Made by a program: the position numbers and the translations under genes. This document shows, piece by piece, positions 20,306 through 28,079 of a DNA stretch of 64,000 nt. Where the stretch lies: the NCBI GenBank assembly GCA_016234735.1, contig JACRAN010000338.1, positions 11,441-75,440 on the forward strand. Direction: 5' to 3'. Below the pieces are notes generated by a model. That model saw nothing but the letters and a program-made list of their open reading frames with translations. It made no database searches and had not been told where the DNA came from. Position 1 is the first letter of the stretch; every line of letters begins with the position of its first letter. Source of the stretch: Bacteroidota bacterium. GTDB lineage: Bacteria > Bacteroidota > Bacteroidia > Chitinophagales > Saprospiraceae.

Positions 20306-21802
20306 ATGACGATTTACACCCTGCTACTCTACATCGCCATCGCTGCCGCCGTTCTCACGGCGCTGACGGGCTTCGTTTTTAAGGCCCAGAAAAGCTGGTT
20401 GATGACGTACCTGCAACATTTTTGCGGCTCGCTTTTCATCTTTTCCGGCTTCGTCAAGGCGGTGGACCCGCTCGGCACGGCCTTCAAAATGGAGCAGTAT
20501 TTCGCAGAGTTTTTTTACACGTTCAAAGAAACGGCGCTGTCGGGCATCGCCCCCGTATTCCCCTGGTTTTCAGGGCATTCCGTCCTGTTTTCCATCGGGA
20601 TGATTGTGTTTGAAATAGCCCTCGGCATCATGCTGCTGCTGGCCTACCGGCCAAAACTGACAAGCTGGCTTTTCCTGCTGTTGGTGGTGTTTTTCACGGC
20701 GCTCACCGGCTTCACCTTCCTCACCGGCTACGTGCCTTCGGGGGCCAATTTCTTCGAGTTTGGTCAGTGGGGCGAGTACGTGAAAACTAACATGCGGGTG
20801 ACGGACTGCGGTTGTTTCGGCGATTTTTTGAAGTTGAAACCGAAAACCAGTTTCTTCAAGGATGTGTTCCTGATGCTGCCTGCGCTTTATTTTGTTTTCC
20901 GGCACAGGGACATGCACGAGCTTTTCACGCCAAAAGTCAACCGGCTGATTGTGTGGGGGTTAATCATTGCTTCTTTCGTTTTTTGCTGGCGCAACACATA
21001 CTGGAACGAGCCGGTTTTCGACTTCCGCCCGTTCAGGGCCGGGGTGGATGTGCGTGGCCAGAAGGAAAAAGAAGCCACAGAGGAAGCAGACGCCTTTCAA
21101 GTAACGGCTTATAAAATGAAGAACAAGGCCACCGGCCAGGTCGTCACCCTGCCCATTGCGCAGTACACGAAAGAATACGAGAAATACCCGGCAGAACAGT
21201 GGGAACTGGAGCAGATTAAAAATAACCCCGACTACGAGCACAGCAAAATCAGCGAGTTTGATATCAGCGCTGCCGACGGCACCAACATGACCGATGCCCT
21301 GCTGCTTGACTCAGGATATTTCCTCATGGTGGTGGCTTATAAAATCAAAGCCTTGGATGGTAAACAAACCGAATCCAGCACGGTGAACGACACCACTTTC
21401 GTGGTCGATACGGTGCGGGCAGCAGGCACCGATTCCTTCACTTTGGTGAAAAAAGTGCAATCCGTAACCCCAAAACAAGTGGAAGTAGAAGTGACCGCCT
21501 TCGACCCTGAGTACGAGCGGCGTTTCACTGACATCATCAATCCGGTGATGAAGGCGGCAGAAGGCACGGGGGTCAAACTCTTTGCCGTGACGGCACCGAA
21601 CAACCCGGCGGTCATCGAAGACTTCCGACATGCCACGCAGAGTGCCTACCCGTTTTTCACGGCGGATGATTTGCTGCTCAAAACGATTCAGCGTTCCAAC
21701 CCCGGCATCGTGCTTTGGAAAGACGGCAAAATCTTGCAGAAATGGCATTTCAAGGACATGGCGACTTTTGAGGAAATGAAAGCCAAGTACATCAAGCTGT
21801 AA
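20306..21802 (+). CDS. DoxX-like membrane protein with C-terminal soluble domain (BT_3928-like)
   Basis: 498 aa. The N-terminal ~230 aa form multiple TM helices with DoxX-like character, followed by a hydrophilic C-terminal half. Its position right after the DUF1599 gene is, from memory, conserved in Bacteroidota. Confidence 0.65.
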   Translation: MTIYTLLLYIAIAAAVLTALTGFVFKAQKSWLMTYLQHFCGSLFIFSGFVKAVDPLGTAFKMEQYFAEFFYTFKETALSGIAPVFPWFSGHSVLFSIGMIVFEIALGIMLLLAYRPKLTSWLFLLLVVFFTALTGFTFLTGYVPSGANFFEFGQWGEYVKTNMRVTDCGCFGDFLKLKPKTSFFKDVFLMLPALYFVFRHRDMHELFTPKVNRLIVWGLIIASFVFCWRNTYWNEPVFDFRPFRAGVDVRGQKEKEATEEADAFQVTAYKMKNKATGQVVTLPIAQYTKEYEKYPAEQWELEQIKNNPDYEHSKISEFDISAADGTNMTDALLLDSGYFLMVVAYKIKALDGKQTESSTVNDTTFVVDTVRAAGTDSFTLVKKVQSVTPKQVEVEVTAFDPEYERRFTDIINPVMKAAEGTGVKLFAVTAPNNPAVIEDFRHATQSAYPFFTADDLLLKTIQRSNPGIVLWKDGKILQKWHFKDMATFEEMKAKYIKL

Positions 21803-21977
21803 CAACTCAACTCAGTCGCCCCGATTGTTTGCGGAAAAATCGAAAGAAAAGGTGTCGTCTGGATTATTTCCAGAACAATCAGGGTGACCGAACGTTAAAA
21901 ACAGGCATCCAAGAAGTTTTAAAAATGTGTTTTTGAAAAAAACCATTTCTTTGCAACCAGAATGTAAAACCAGAAAC

Positions 21978-22062
21978 TACCACGCTCGCTATGGTTTGAC
22001 ACCGCAAACCTGAATTCATGGGGCAAAAGATGCCCCCGAAAAAGCCACAGCGAGCGGGGTTT
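21978..22062 (+). promoter_or_regulatory. candidate structured 5' leader of nusB
   Basis: The closing helix CCACGCTCGCT/AGCGAGCGGGG encloses two hairpins (GGTTTGacaccgCAAACC and GGGGCAaaagaTGCCCC). It ends in GGTTTTG about 12 nt before the nusB ATG. Confidence 0.35.
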
Positions 22063-22074
22063 TGAAAGAAAAAT

Positions 22075-23013
22075 ATGTTGAGCAGAAGAAACATCCGCAT
22101 CAAAGTAATGCAGGTGCTTTACGCCATGAGCCGGGACAAAGAATTGACGTACAGCGAGGCGAAGCTTCTTTACAATACGAGTATCCGACATTCCTTTGAA
22201 CTGTATTTGTTCAACCTCCTCCAGCTTTTGCGGGTAGCGGAATACGCCAAAACAGACCACGTCACCAAGGTCGCCAAGTTGCGCCCAAGCGATGAGGACA
22301 AAGCCTTCCGCCCGAAGCTCTGCGACAACGAAATGGTCAAGTCCTTCCAGGAAAACAAAGGTTTCAACAGCCTCTTGAAAACCCATAAAATCCTGGAAAA
22401 ATTGTCGGAAGACGACACCCGGTTCCTCTACAACGAATTCGCCAAAACCGAAGAATACGCAGCCTACCTGAAATCTGCCGACAACAAGCCCGAAACCCAC
22501 CGCCAGGCATTGCTCGATATTTACAAAGCCTTTAACAACAGTGAGCATTTCAACGAGTTGGTGGACGACCGCTTCCTGTCGTGGCAGGACGACAAATCAC
22601 TCGTCGTCGGAGCCATCAAAAAAACGTTGAAAGCACTGCCAGTCACCGGCGGATTTTATCAGGAGTACGAACCTACGGACGAAACGGTGCGGGAGTTCGG
22701 TGAGATTTTGCTGCGAAAAGTACACGAAGACGACGCAGAGATGCTCCTAATCATTGAACCGGCGCTTAAAAATTGGGATGCAGATCGGGTAGCCATCATC
22801 GATATGATTTTGCTTAAAATGGCCCTCTGCGAGTTGATGACTTTCGAGACGATACCCACCAAAGTGACCCTGAACGAGTACGTTGAAATCTCGAAATTGT
22901 ACAGCACCGAGAAAAGCAAGGATTTCATCAACGGCATCCTCGACCGGCTAATGAAAAAATTGGAAAAGGAAGGCAAAATTGTGAAGGAAGGCAGGGGATT
23001 GATTGAAGAATGA
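22075..23013 (+). CDS. nusB: transcription antitermination factor NusB (long Bacteroidota form)
   Basis: N-terminus RRNIRIKVMQVLYA, and a C-terminal NusB core (DRVAIIDMILLKMALCEL ... INEYVEISKLYSTEKSKDFINGILDRL). Confidence 0.85.
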   Translation: MLSRRNIRIKVMQVLYAMSRDKELTYSEAKLLYNTSIRHSFELYLFNLLQLLRVAEYAKTDHVTKVAKLRPSDEDKAFRPKLCDNEMVKSFQENKGFNSLLKTHKILEKLSEDDTRFLYNEFAKTEEYAAYLKSADNKPETHRQALLDIYKAFNNSEHFNELVDDRFLSWQDDKSLVVGAIKKTLKALPVTGGFYQEYEPTDETVREFGEILLRKVHEDDAEMLLIIEPALKNWDADRVAIIDMILLKMALCELMTFETIPTKVTLNEYVEISKLYSTEKSKDFINGILDRLMKKLEKEGKIVKEGRGLIEE

Positions 23014-23172
23014 CCCGACGGTTTACAGCTATTTCCCGTGCCAACAAGTGTGCCCTGACACTTTCTTTTTCGTCAAAGAAACAGGGTACTTTCACAACGT
23101 GAACAGGATTTTACGTTTTCCCGAAGTGAACGACCCGCCTGATTTTTTCACCAAACCTAAAACAAACACGGC

Positions 23173-24522
23173 ATGAAGAAGGCAATTCTCCCCCTCATCG
23201 TTTTTCTATTCATCTCATTTTCAAGCATTTACGCCCAGTACGAAGGCTCACCAAACGGGCTGGCGTTCCGCTGGACCTGGACCAACTTCCAGTATCCAAT
23301 TACGCAGAAGTTGGACAGGTTCGAGTACACCAGCGGCGCTGAACTGACCTACATCCGGCACCTCGCCAAGAACCTGAACCTTGCAATCCCGTTGAAAATC
23401 GGCAAGGCCAACCTACCGCTCGACGACGTGGGAACGGTGCGGGATGCAGAGTTGGTTGGCAGCCTCGATGCCCTGCTCAACCTGAAATTGATGAACCCGG
23501 AGAAGCGGCTGTACCCGTACCTGTTGGGCGGAGCGGGCCTGATGACCGAGACCGAAAATGGCTGGGAAATGAACCCGGAGTTCCCGGTCGGGTTGGGCCT
23601 GAACGTGAAAGTGGCCCCACATTTTTACCTGAGCGCCGAAACGCAGTACCGCTTCGACCTGAACGACAACCGCAACCAATTGCAACATGCGCTGGGCATT
23701 TGGATGATTCTCGGCGATGTCAAAGAGGAAGAAAAAGTGACAGATTCCGACAAAGACGGCATCCCGGACAGCGAAGATAATTGCCCGAACGAACCCGGCC
23801 CTGCCAACCTGTTCGGCTGCCCGGACGGCGACGGCGACGGCATTGCCGACAAGTTCGACCTGTGCCCCGGCGAGGCAGGCAAGCCCTCCCTCTCCGGCTG
23901 CCCCGACCGGGACGATGACGGCATCGCCGATGCCCAGGACCGCTGCCCGGACGAAGCGGGCAAGCCCGAATTGCAAGGATGTCCGCAGACCGACGACGAC
24001 GGCGACGGCGTTGCCAATGTCGACGACAAATGCCCGACAGTAGCCGGTTTGCCTCGTTTTGAAGGCTGCCCCGATACCGACAACGACGGCATCCCGAACC
24101 CGGACGACAAGTGCCCGAATTCCCCCGGCCCGGCCTCCAACAACGGCTGCCCGGAACTGAAACCGGAAGAAAAAGCGGTGCTGGAATTTGCCATGAAGGC
24201 CGTGCAGTTTGAAACCGGAAGTGCCAAATTGCTGCCGGAATCGAGCAAGGTGTTGGATGAAATTGCCGGAATCCTGCGCAACTACCCCGACCACAAACTG
24301 CGCATCGGAGGCCACACGGACAGCATTGGCGAAGCAGACGAAAACCTGAAATTGTCGGAAAAAAGGGCCAAAGCCTGCTTCGACTACATCGTTTCAAAAG
24401 GCATTGCCCCCAAAAGAATTGAACCCAAAGGTTTCGGCGAGTCGAAACCGATTGGCGACAACCGATTCGCACCGGGCCGGGAGAAAAACCGCCGGGTGGA
24501 GTTTGAAATCCATGTGGATTGA
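23173..24522 (+). CDS. OmpA family protein with thrombospondin type-3 repeats
   Basis: Signal peptide and an N-terminal beta-barrel segment. About 8 calcium-binding TSP3 repeats follow (DxDxDGIxDxxDxCP). The C-terminal OmpA-like domain has GHTDSIG...N..LS..RA. Confidence 0.9.
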   Translation: MKKAILPLIVFLFISFSSIYAQYEGSPNGLAFRWTWTNFQYPITQKLDRFEYTSGAELTYIRHLAKNLNLAIPLKIGKANLPLDDVGTVRDAELVGSLDALLNLKLMNPEKRLYPYLLGGAGLMTETENGWEMNPEFPVGLGLNVKVAPHFYLSAETQYRFDLNDNRNQLQHALGIWMILGDVKEEEKVTDSDKDGIPDSEDNCPNEPGPANLFGCPDGDGDGIADKFDLCPGEAGKPSLSGCPDRDDDGIADAQDRCPDEAGKPELQGCPQTDDDGDGVANVDDKCPTVAGLPRFEGCPDTDNDGIPNPDDKCPNSPGPASNNGCPELKPEEKAVLEFAMKAVQFETGSAKLLPESSKVLDEIAGILRNYPDHKLRIGGHTDSIGEADENLKLSEKRAKACFDYIVSKGIAPKRIEPKGFGESKPIGDNRFAPGREKNRRVEFEIHVD

Positions 24523-24525
24523 AAA

Positions 24526-24564
24526 AAATCCGTGTCCCATCCTGACTTGATGGGACACGGATTT
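24526..24564. terminator. bidirectional intrinsic terminator
   Basis: 16-bp perfect stem AAATCCGTGTCCCATC/GATGGGACACGGATTT with a 7-nt loop. An A-run precedes it on the plus strand. It lies between the convergent ompA-like gene and xseB. Confidence 0.75.
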
Positions 24565-24598
24565 GACGGGATTGGGTAAAAAACTGAGAATCAGCGGG

Positions 24599-24793
24599 TT
24601 ATCCTAAAAATCCGGCGACTTCCTCCTCAGTGGTTCGCAGTTTTTCCCGGCAAAATTTTATCAGTTCGGCCGCCCGGTTGACTTTCTCCGAGAGGTCGTC
24701 CATGCCGACGGCTTCTTCCTGCAATTGGGCGACGATAGCCTGCAACTCCTGCAAGGCCGATTCGTAGGTGGGTTTTGATTTTGGCTTTGTCAT
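24599..24793 (-). CDS. xseB: exodeoxyribonuclease VII small subunit
   Basis: 64 aa with the YESALQELQAIVAQLQ pattern. Its start overlaps the xseA stop (ATGA). Confidence 0.88.
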   Translation of the reverse strand: MTKPKSKPTYESALQELQAIVAQLQEEAVGMDDLSEKVNRAAELIKFCREKLRTTEEEVAGFLG

Positions 24794-26025
24794 TTTTGTA
24801 AAATTTTCACGGTGCCGATGAAGGCTCCCCGATGCAGGCGCACCTCCACTTCCTCCCCGACGGCAAGTTCGGAAGCATCGGTCACTTGTTTTCCATTTTT
24901 CAACACGATGCTGAACCCTCGCCGCATGGCCGTCTCAGGACTCAGCAGCCGCACGATTTTTTCAAGGCTTTCAAGTTGGATTTTTTGCTTGGAAAAATGG
25001 GAAGCCAACTGCACCGGGATTTCTTTTTCGATGAAATCGAGCATCAGTTTTTGCTGTCGAAAATTGTTTTTCAACTGAAAATCAAGGAGTTGTGAGAGGT
25101 GGCGAAGCTGCCCGTCTTTTTCTTTCAACGCCTGTTGGCCAATGTTTTTCACCACCTGTCCCAGGTTCACCACGCCCGATTCGAAGGCAAAGTTGTGGTG
25201 CAGGATGAAATCGGCCACCGCCGTCGGGGTTTTCAGCGAGGTGTGGGCCACCAGGTCGAGCACCGTTTCGTCCACATCGTGGCCGATGCCGGTGAGGACG
25301 GGGAGCGGCAGGTTGGCCACCGTTTTTCCCAGTTCCAAGCTGTCGAAAGCGGCGAGGTCGAGGCGGGCACCCCCGCCCCGGATGATGGCGACGGCATCGA
25401 AGTCGGCAGCCCGCCGGGCGAGTTTTTGCAACTGGTCGGCCATTTCTTTTTCAACCTGAATGCCCTGCACGGCGGCCTGAAAAAATTCAATCTGGAATTG
25501 GTAGCCAAACGAATTTTCGGTGAGGTGCTTCAAAAAATCCTGGAACCCGGCAGCCCGCTCCGAACTCAGCACCGCCACCCGCTGCACCACTGGCGGCAGG
25601 GGCAGCCGTCGGTTTTTTTCCAGCAGGTTTTGGGCCTGGAGTTGCCGGATGATTTCACGGCGCTTCAACTCCAGTTTGCCCATCGTGTAGGTCGGGTCAA
25701 TGTCCTCCACCATGAGCTTGAGGCCGTACCGTTCATGGAATTCGGGCTTCGCCAGCAGCAAAATTTCCATGCCCGGTTGCAGCAGCAGCGCCATGTCCAG
25801 CCCCAGTTTTTTTTGCAGCGCCCGGTAGTTTTTTTGCCAGATGACGGCCTGCCCCTGGGCAATGATTTCGTCGCCGTCTTCTTTTTTTTGAACCAAATCG
25901 AGGTAAAAATGCCCCCTCGAATCCTTCACGTCGGCCAGTTCGCACCGCACCCAAAGCGCCTCCGGCAGGTTGAGCGCAATCACCCGGCGGATGAATTCGT
26001 GGACTTCAAAAAGGGAGTGGGACAC
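24790..26025 (-). CDS. xseA: exodeoxyribonuclease VII large subunit
   Basis: 411 aa with a GTG start. N-terminal OB-fold (WVRCELADVKDSRGHFYLDL) and a catalytic core (IIRGGGARLDLAAFD). Confidence 0.9.
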   Translation of the reverse strand: MSHSLFEVHEFIRRVIALNLPEALWVRCELADVKDSRGHFYLDLVQKKEDGDEIIAQGQAVIWQKNYRALQKKLGLDMALLLQPGMEILLLAKPEFHERYGLKLMVEDIDPTYTMGKLELKRREIIRQLQAQNLLEKNRRLPLPPVVQRVAVLSSERAAGFQDFLKHLTENSFGYQFQIEFFQAAVQGIQVEKEMADQLQKLARRAADFDAVAIIRGGGARLDLAAFDSLELGKTVANLPLPVLTGIGHDVDETVLDLVAHTSLKTPTAVADFILHHNFAFESGVVNLGQVVKNIGQQALKEKDGQLRHLSQLLDFQLKNNFRQQKLMLDFIEKEIPVQLASHFSKQKIQLESLEKIVRLLSPETAMRRGFSIVLKNGKQVTDASELAVGEEVEVRLHRGAFIGTVKILQK

Positions 26026-26030
26026 GGTGG

Positions 26031-26148
26031 TTTAGATGTGAGAAGTGAGAGGATGAGAAGGTGAGAAGGTGAGAATTGAGTGCTGAAGTGCTGGATTTCA
26101 GCGTTTTAAATTCTAACCACTTTCTCAAAACAACTCACGGCTCAATGG
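26031..26148 (-). promoter_or_regulatory. conserved pre-start element, family 2 (copy upstream of xseA)
   Basis: Plus strand: TTAGATGTGAGAAGTGAGAGGATGAGAAGGTGAGAAGGTGAGAA...TTTTAAATTCTAACCACTTTCTCAAAACAACTCACGGCTCAATGG. It begins 6 nt from the xseA GTG. It aligns with 15741-15820 apart from a ~35-nt insertion. Confidence 0.55.
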
Positions 26149-26184
26149 TCGCTGGATTTTGATTACAGTATGGGCGAAGTTAAA

Positions 26185-26221
26185 ACGGCCCGGCGGTAAT
26201 GCACCGTCGGGCCGTTTTTTT
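26185..26221 (+). terminator. strong intrinsic terminator (better on plus strand)
   Basis: 12-bp stem ACGGCCCGGCGG/CCGTCGGGCCGT with a 7-nt loop, followed by 7 T on the plus strand. One pair is G-T on plus, which would be C-A on minus. It is also 13 nt downstream of the minus-strand thioredoxin-like gene. Confidence 0.65.
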
Positions 26222-26233
26222 ATTTGAAAGGAA

Positions 26234-26794
26234 TCAATCCCTATCCATTGGTTTGTACGCTTTCTGGTAGCTCTCCCATGGGGTTCGGAGGTGTTCGTTT
26301 TTGCCAAAGTAGGTGGCGATGGTCTCGAATTCCAGCGCGTCCCGGTAGCCGGGGATGGACTGTATCACCTCGATTTTTTCATCCAAAAAAACGATGGTCG
26401 GGTAGCTGAGGCGGCCCCGGGTAATTTCGGCGGCCAGTTCGTGGTAGCCCCTCATGCCATTTTTCACAAATTTGTACGTCTTGTCTTTGTAAACGATGTC
26501 GCCTTTTTGCTCGGCATCGAACTTCACGGCATAGAAATTTTGGTTGACGTATTTCGCAATTTGAGGTTGGCAGAACGTGTTGGCGTCCATCCGTTTGCAC
26601 CAACCGCACCATTCCGTGTACACATCGACCACCACTTTCCGGGGTTGCTTCTTTTGTTTCTCGGCCATTTCCTGCCACGTCATCCAGTGGATAGCTTCTT
26701 CGGAACGGGCCGCAACTTCCGTCTCCGAATTTTTGAAAGAATACACGCCGATGCTCAAAACCAACACGGCGAAGGCAATTACCACATTTCTCAT
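26234..26794 (-). CDS. thioredoxin-fold protein (secreted)
   Basis: Signal peptide, a CxxC active site in YTEWCGWCKRM, and DUF255/thioredoxin-like length (186 aa). Confidence 0.8.
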   Translation of the reverse strand: MRNVVIAFAVLVLSIGVYSFKNSETEVAARSEEAIHWMTWQEMAEKQKKQPRKVVVDVYTEWCGWCKRMDANTFCQPQIAKYVNQNFYAVKFDAEQKGDIVYKDKTYKFVKNGMRGYHELAAEITRGRLSYPTIVFLDEKIEVIQSIPGYRDALEFETIATYFGKNEHLRTPWESYQKAYKPMDRD

Positions 26795-26878
26795 TGCTTG
26801 GAACTTTCCTGATTGAACGCTAAAATTAGCAACTGGGAAACACTTCCAGCATCCCTGCTATGGTTTCGGCACCTCACT

Positions 26879-27928
26879 TTAAACAAAGTTTAACGGCCAG
26901 CCGTGGCTGTTCCGAAGAATTGTTAAAGAATCGGTGCCCAATCGGTACGAAACGACTTCCTGCCCCAGCGGTTTCGGTGCCGGGATGCCACTGCCGAGCC
27001 GGACGAGCGTGGTGAAAATCGCAGCCTCGTCCCACCAGTCTTTTTCGATGAACCGTTGGAGGGTGGCTGCCCCGCCCTCCACGATGAGCGAACTGACCCG
27101 CTGCTCGAACAAGTGCCGGAGCAGGTCTTCGAGCAGGTGGAGTTCGATGAACTTTAAATTGTCGGACGGCACGTCGCCGGGTCGCATTTTTTCTGTGATG
27201 ACCCAGGTGTTGGATAGCCCATCGAACAGGTGGAAGCTGGAGGGAACCAACCGCCGCCGGTCAAGCACGATGCGCAGTGGCGACTTCCCAAACCACAGGC
27301 GGTTGGTCAGGGAGGGGTCGTCGGTCAGGGCCGTGCGGGTGCCGACGAGAATGGCATCGAATTCCGACCGGCCCTTGTGGGCGAGCCGTTGCGAAAACGC
27401 ATTGCTCAACCAAACCTGCCTGCCGGGCGTGCCCATGAAGCCGTCCGCCGATTGCGCAAATTTCAACTGGATGTAGGGCCGTTTTTGTGAAACGAACGTG
27501 TTGCGGATGGCACTGAGCGCAGCGCCTTTTTCTTCCAAAATGCCGGTCGTCACCTCCACCCCGGCGCTCCGCAAAATTTCGACTCCCCTACCCTTCACTT
27601 CCGGTGTTTGGTCGAGGCAGGAGATGGCCACCCTCGGAATCCGGTGGCGCAAAACCAGGTCGGTGCATGGCGGCGTGTTGCCGTGAATGCAGCAGGGTTC
27701 GAGCGAGATGTACAGCGTCGATTTCTCCACCAAACCCGCATCCTCCGGGCGGACGGAGGCGAGGCAGTTGACCTCGGCATGTGCCTTGCCGTACTGCCGG
27801 TGCCAGCCTTCGCCGATGATGCGCCCCTCATGCACCAGCACAGCGCCCACCAACGGGTTGGGGGAAACGCTCCCGGCACCCAGCCGGGAGAGGTCGAAGC
27901 AACGTTGCATGAAAATATCGTGGGTCAT
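26879..27928 (-). CDS. ribD: bifunctional riboflavin biosynthesis deaminase/reductase
   Basis: Cytidine-deaminase zinc motifs HAEVNC and PCxxxGxxPPC (LEPCCIHGNTPPC). The C-terminal RibD reductase domain includes ILVGTRTALTDDPSLT. Confidence 0.92.
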   Translation of the reverse strand: MTHDIFMQRCFDLSRLGAGSVSPNPLVGAVLVHEGRIIGEGWHRQYGKAHAEVNCLASVRPEDAGLVEKSTLYISLEPCCIHGNTPPCTDLVLRHRIPRVAISCLDQTPEVKGRGVEILRSAGVEVTTGILEEKGAALSAIRNTFVSQKRPYIQLKFAQSADGFMGTPGRQVWLSNAFSQRLAHKGRSEFDAILVGTRTALTDDPSLTNRLWFGKSPLRIVLDRRRLVPSSFHLFDGLSNTWVITEKMRPGDVPSDNLKFIELHLLEDLLRHLFEQRVSSLIVEGGAATLQRFIEKDWWDEAAIFTTLVRLGSGIPAPKPLGQEVVSYRLGTDSLTILRNSHGWPLNFV

Positions 27929-28079
27929 GGCTTGTCAATTTGTCAGCGCCCTTGCGAATCTATGGAAACTTTTGAAATTTAACACAGGTCAGCCAATGCC
28001 GTCTTCCCAAGCACTCTGAACCGCCGTAACTTGACAACCGACACCGTTCTTCATTGATTAACCAACAAAAAAATGCCGT

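Noticed and set aside
27929-28079. FMN (RFN) riboswitch expected upstream of ribD
   Set aside because: The 150-nt upstream region lacks the conserved RFN cores I know (GGGCAGGGTGAAATTCC, GCCGACAGT, AGTCTGGATG). Only trivial matches such as ACGGCGGT and GACCTG are present.
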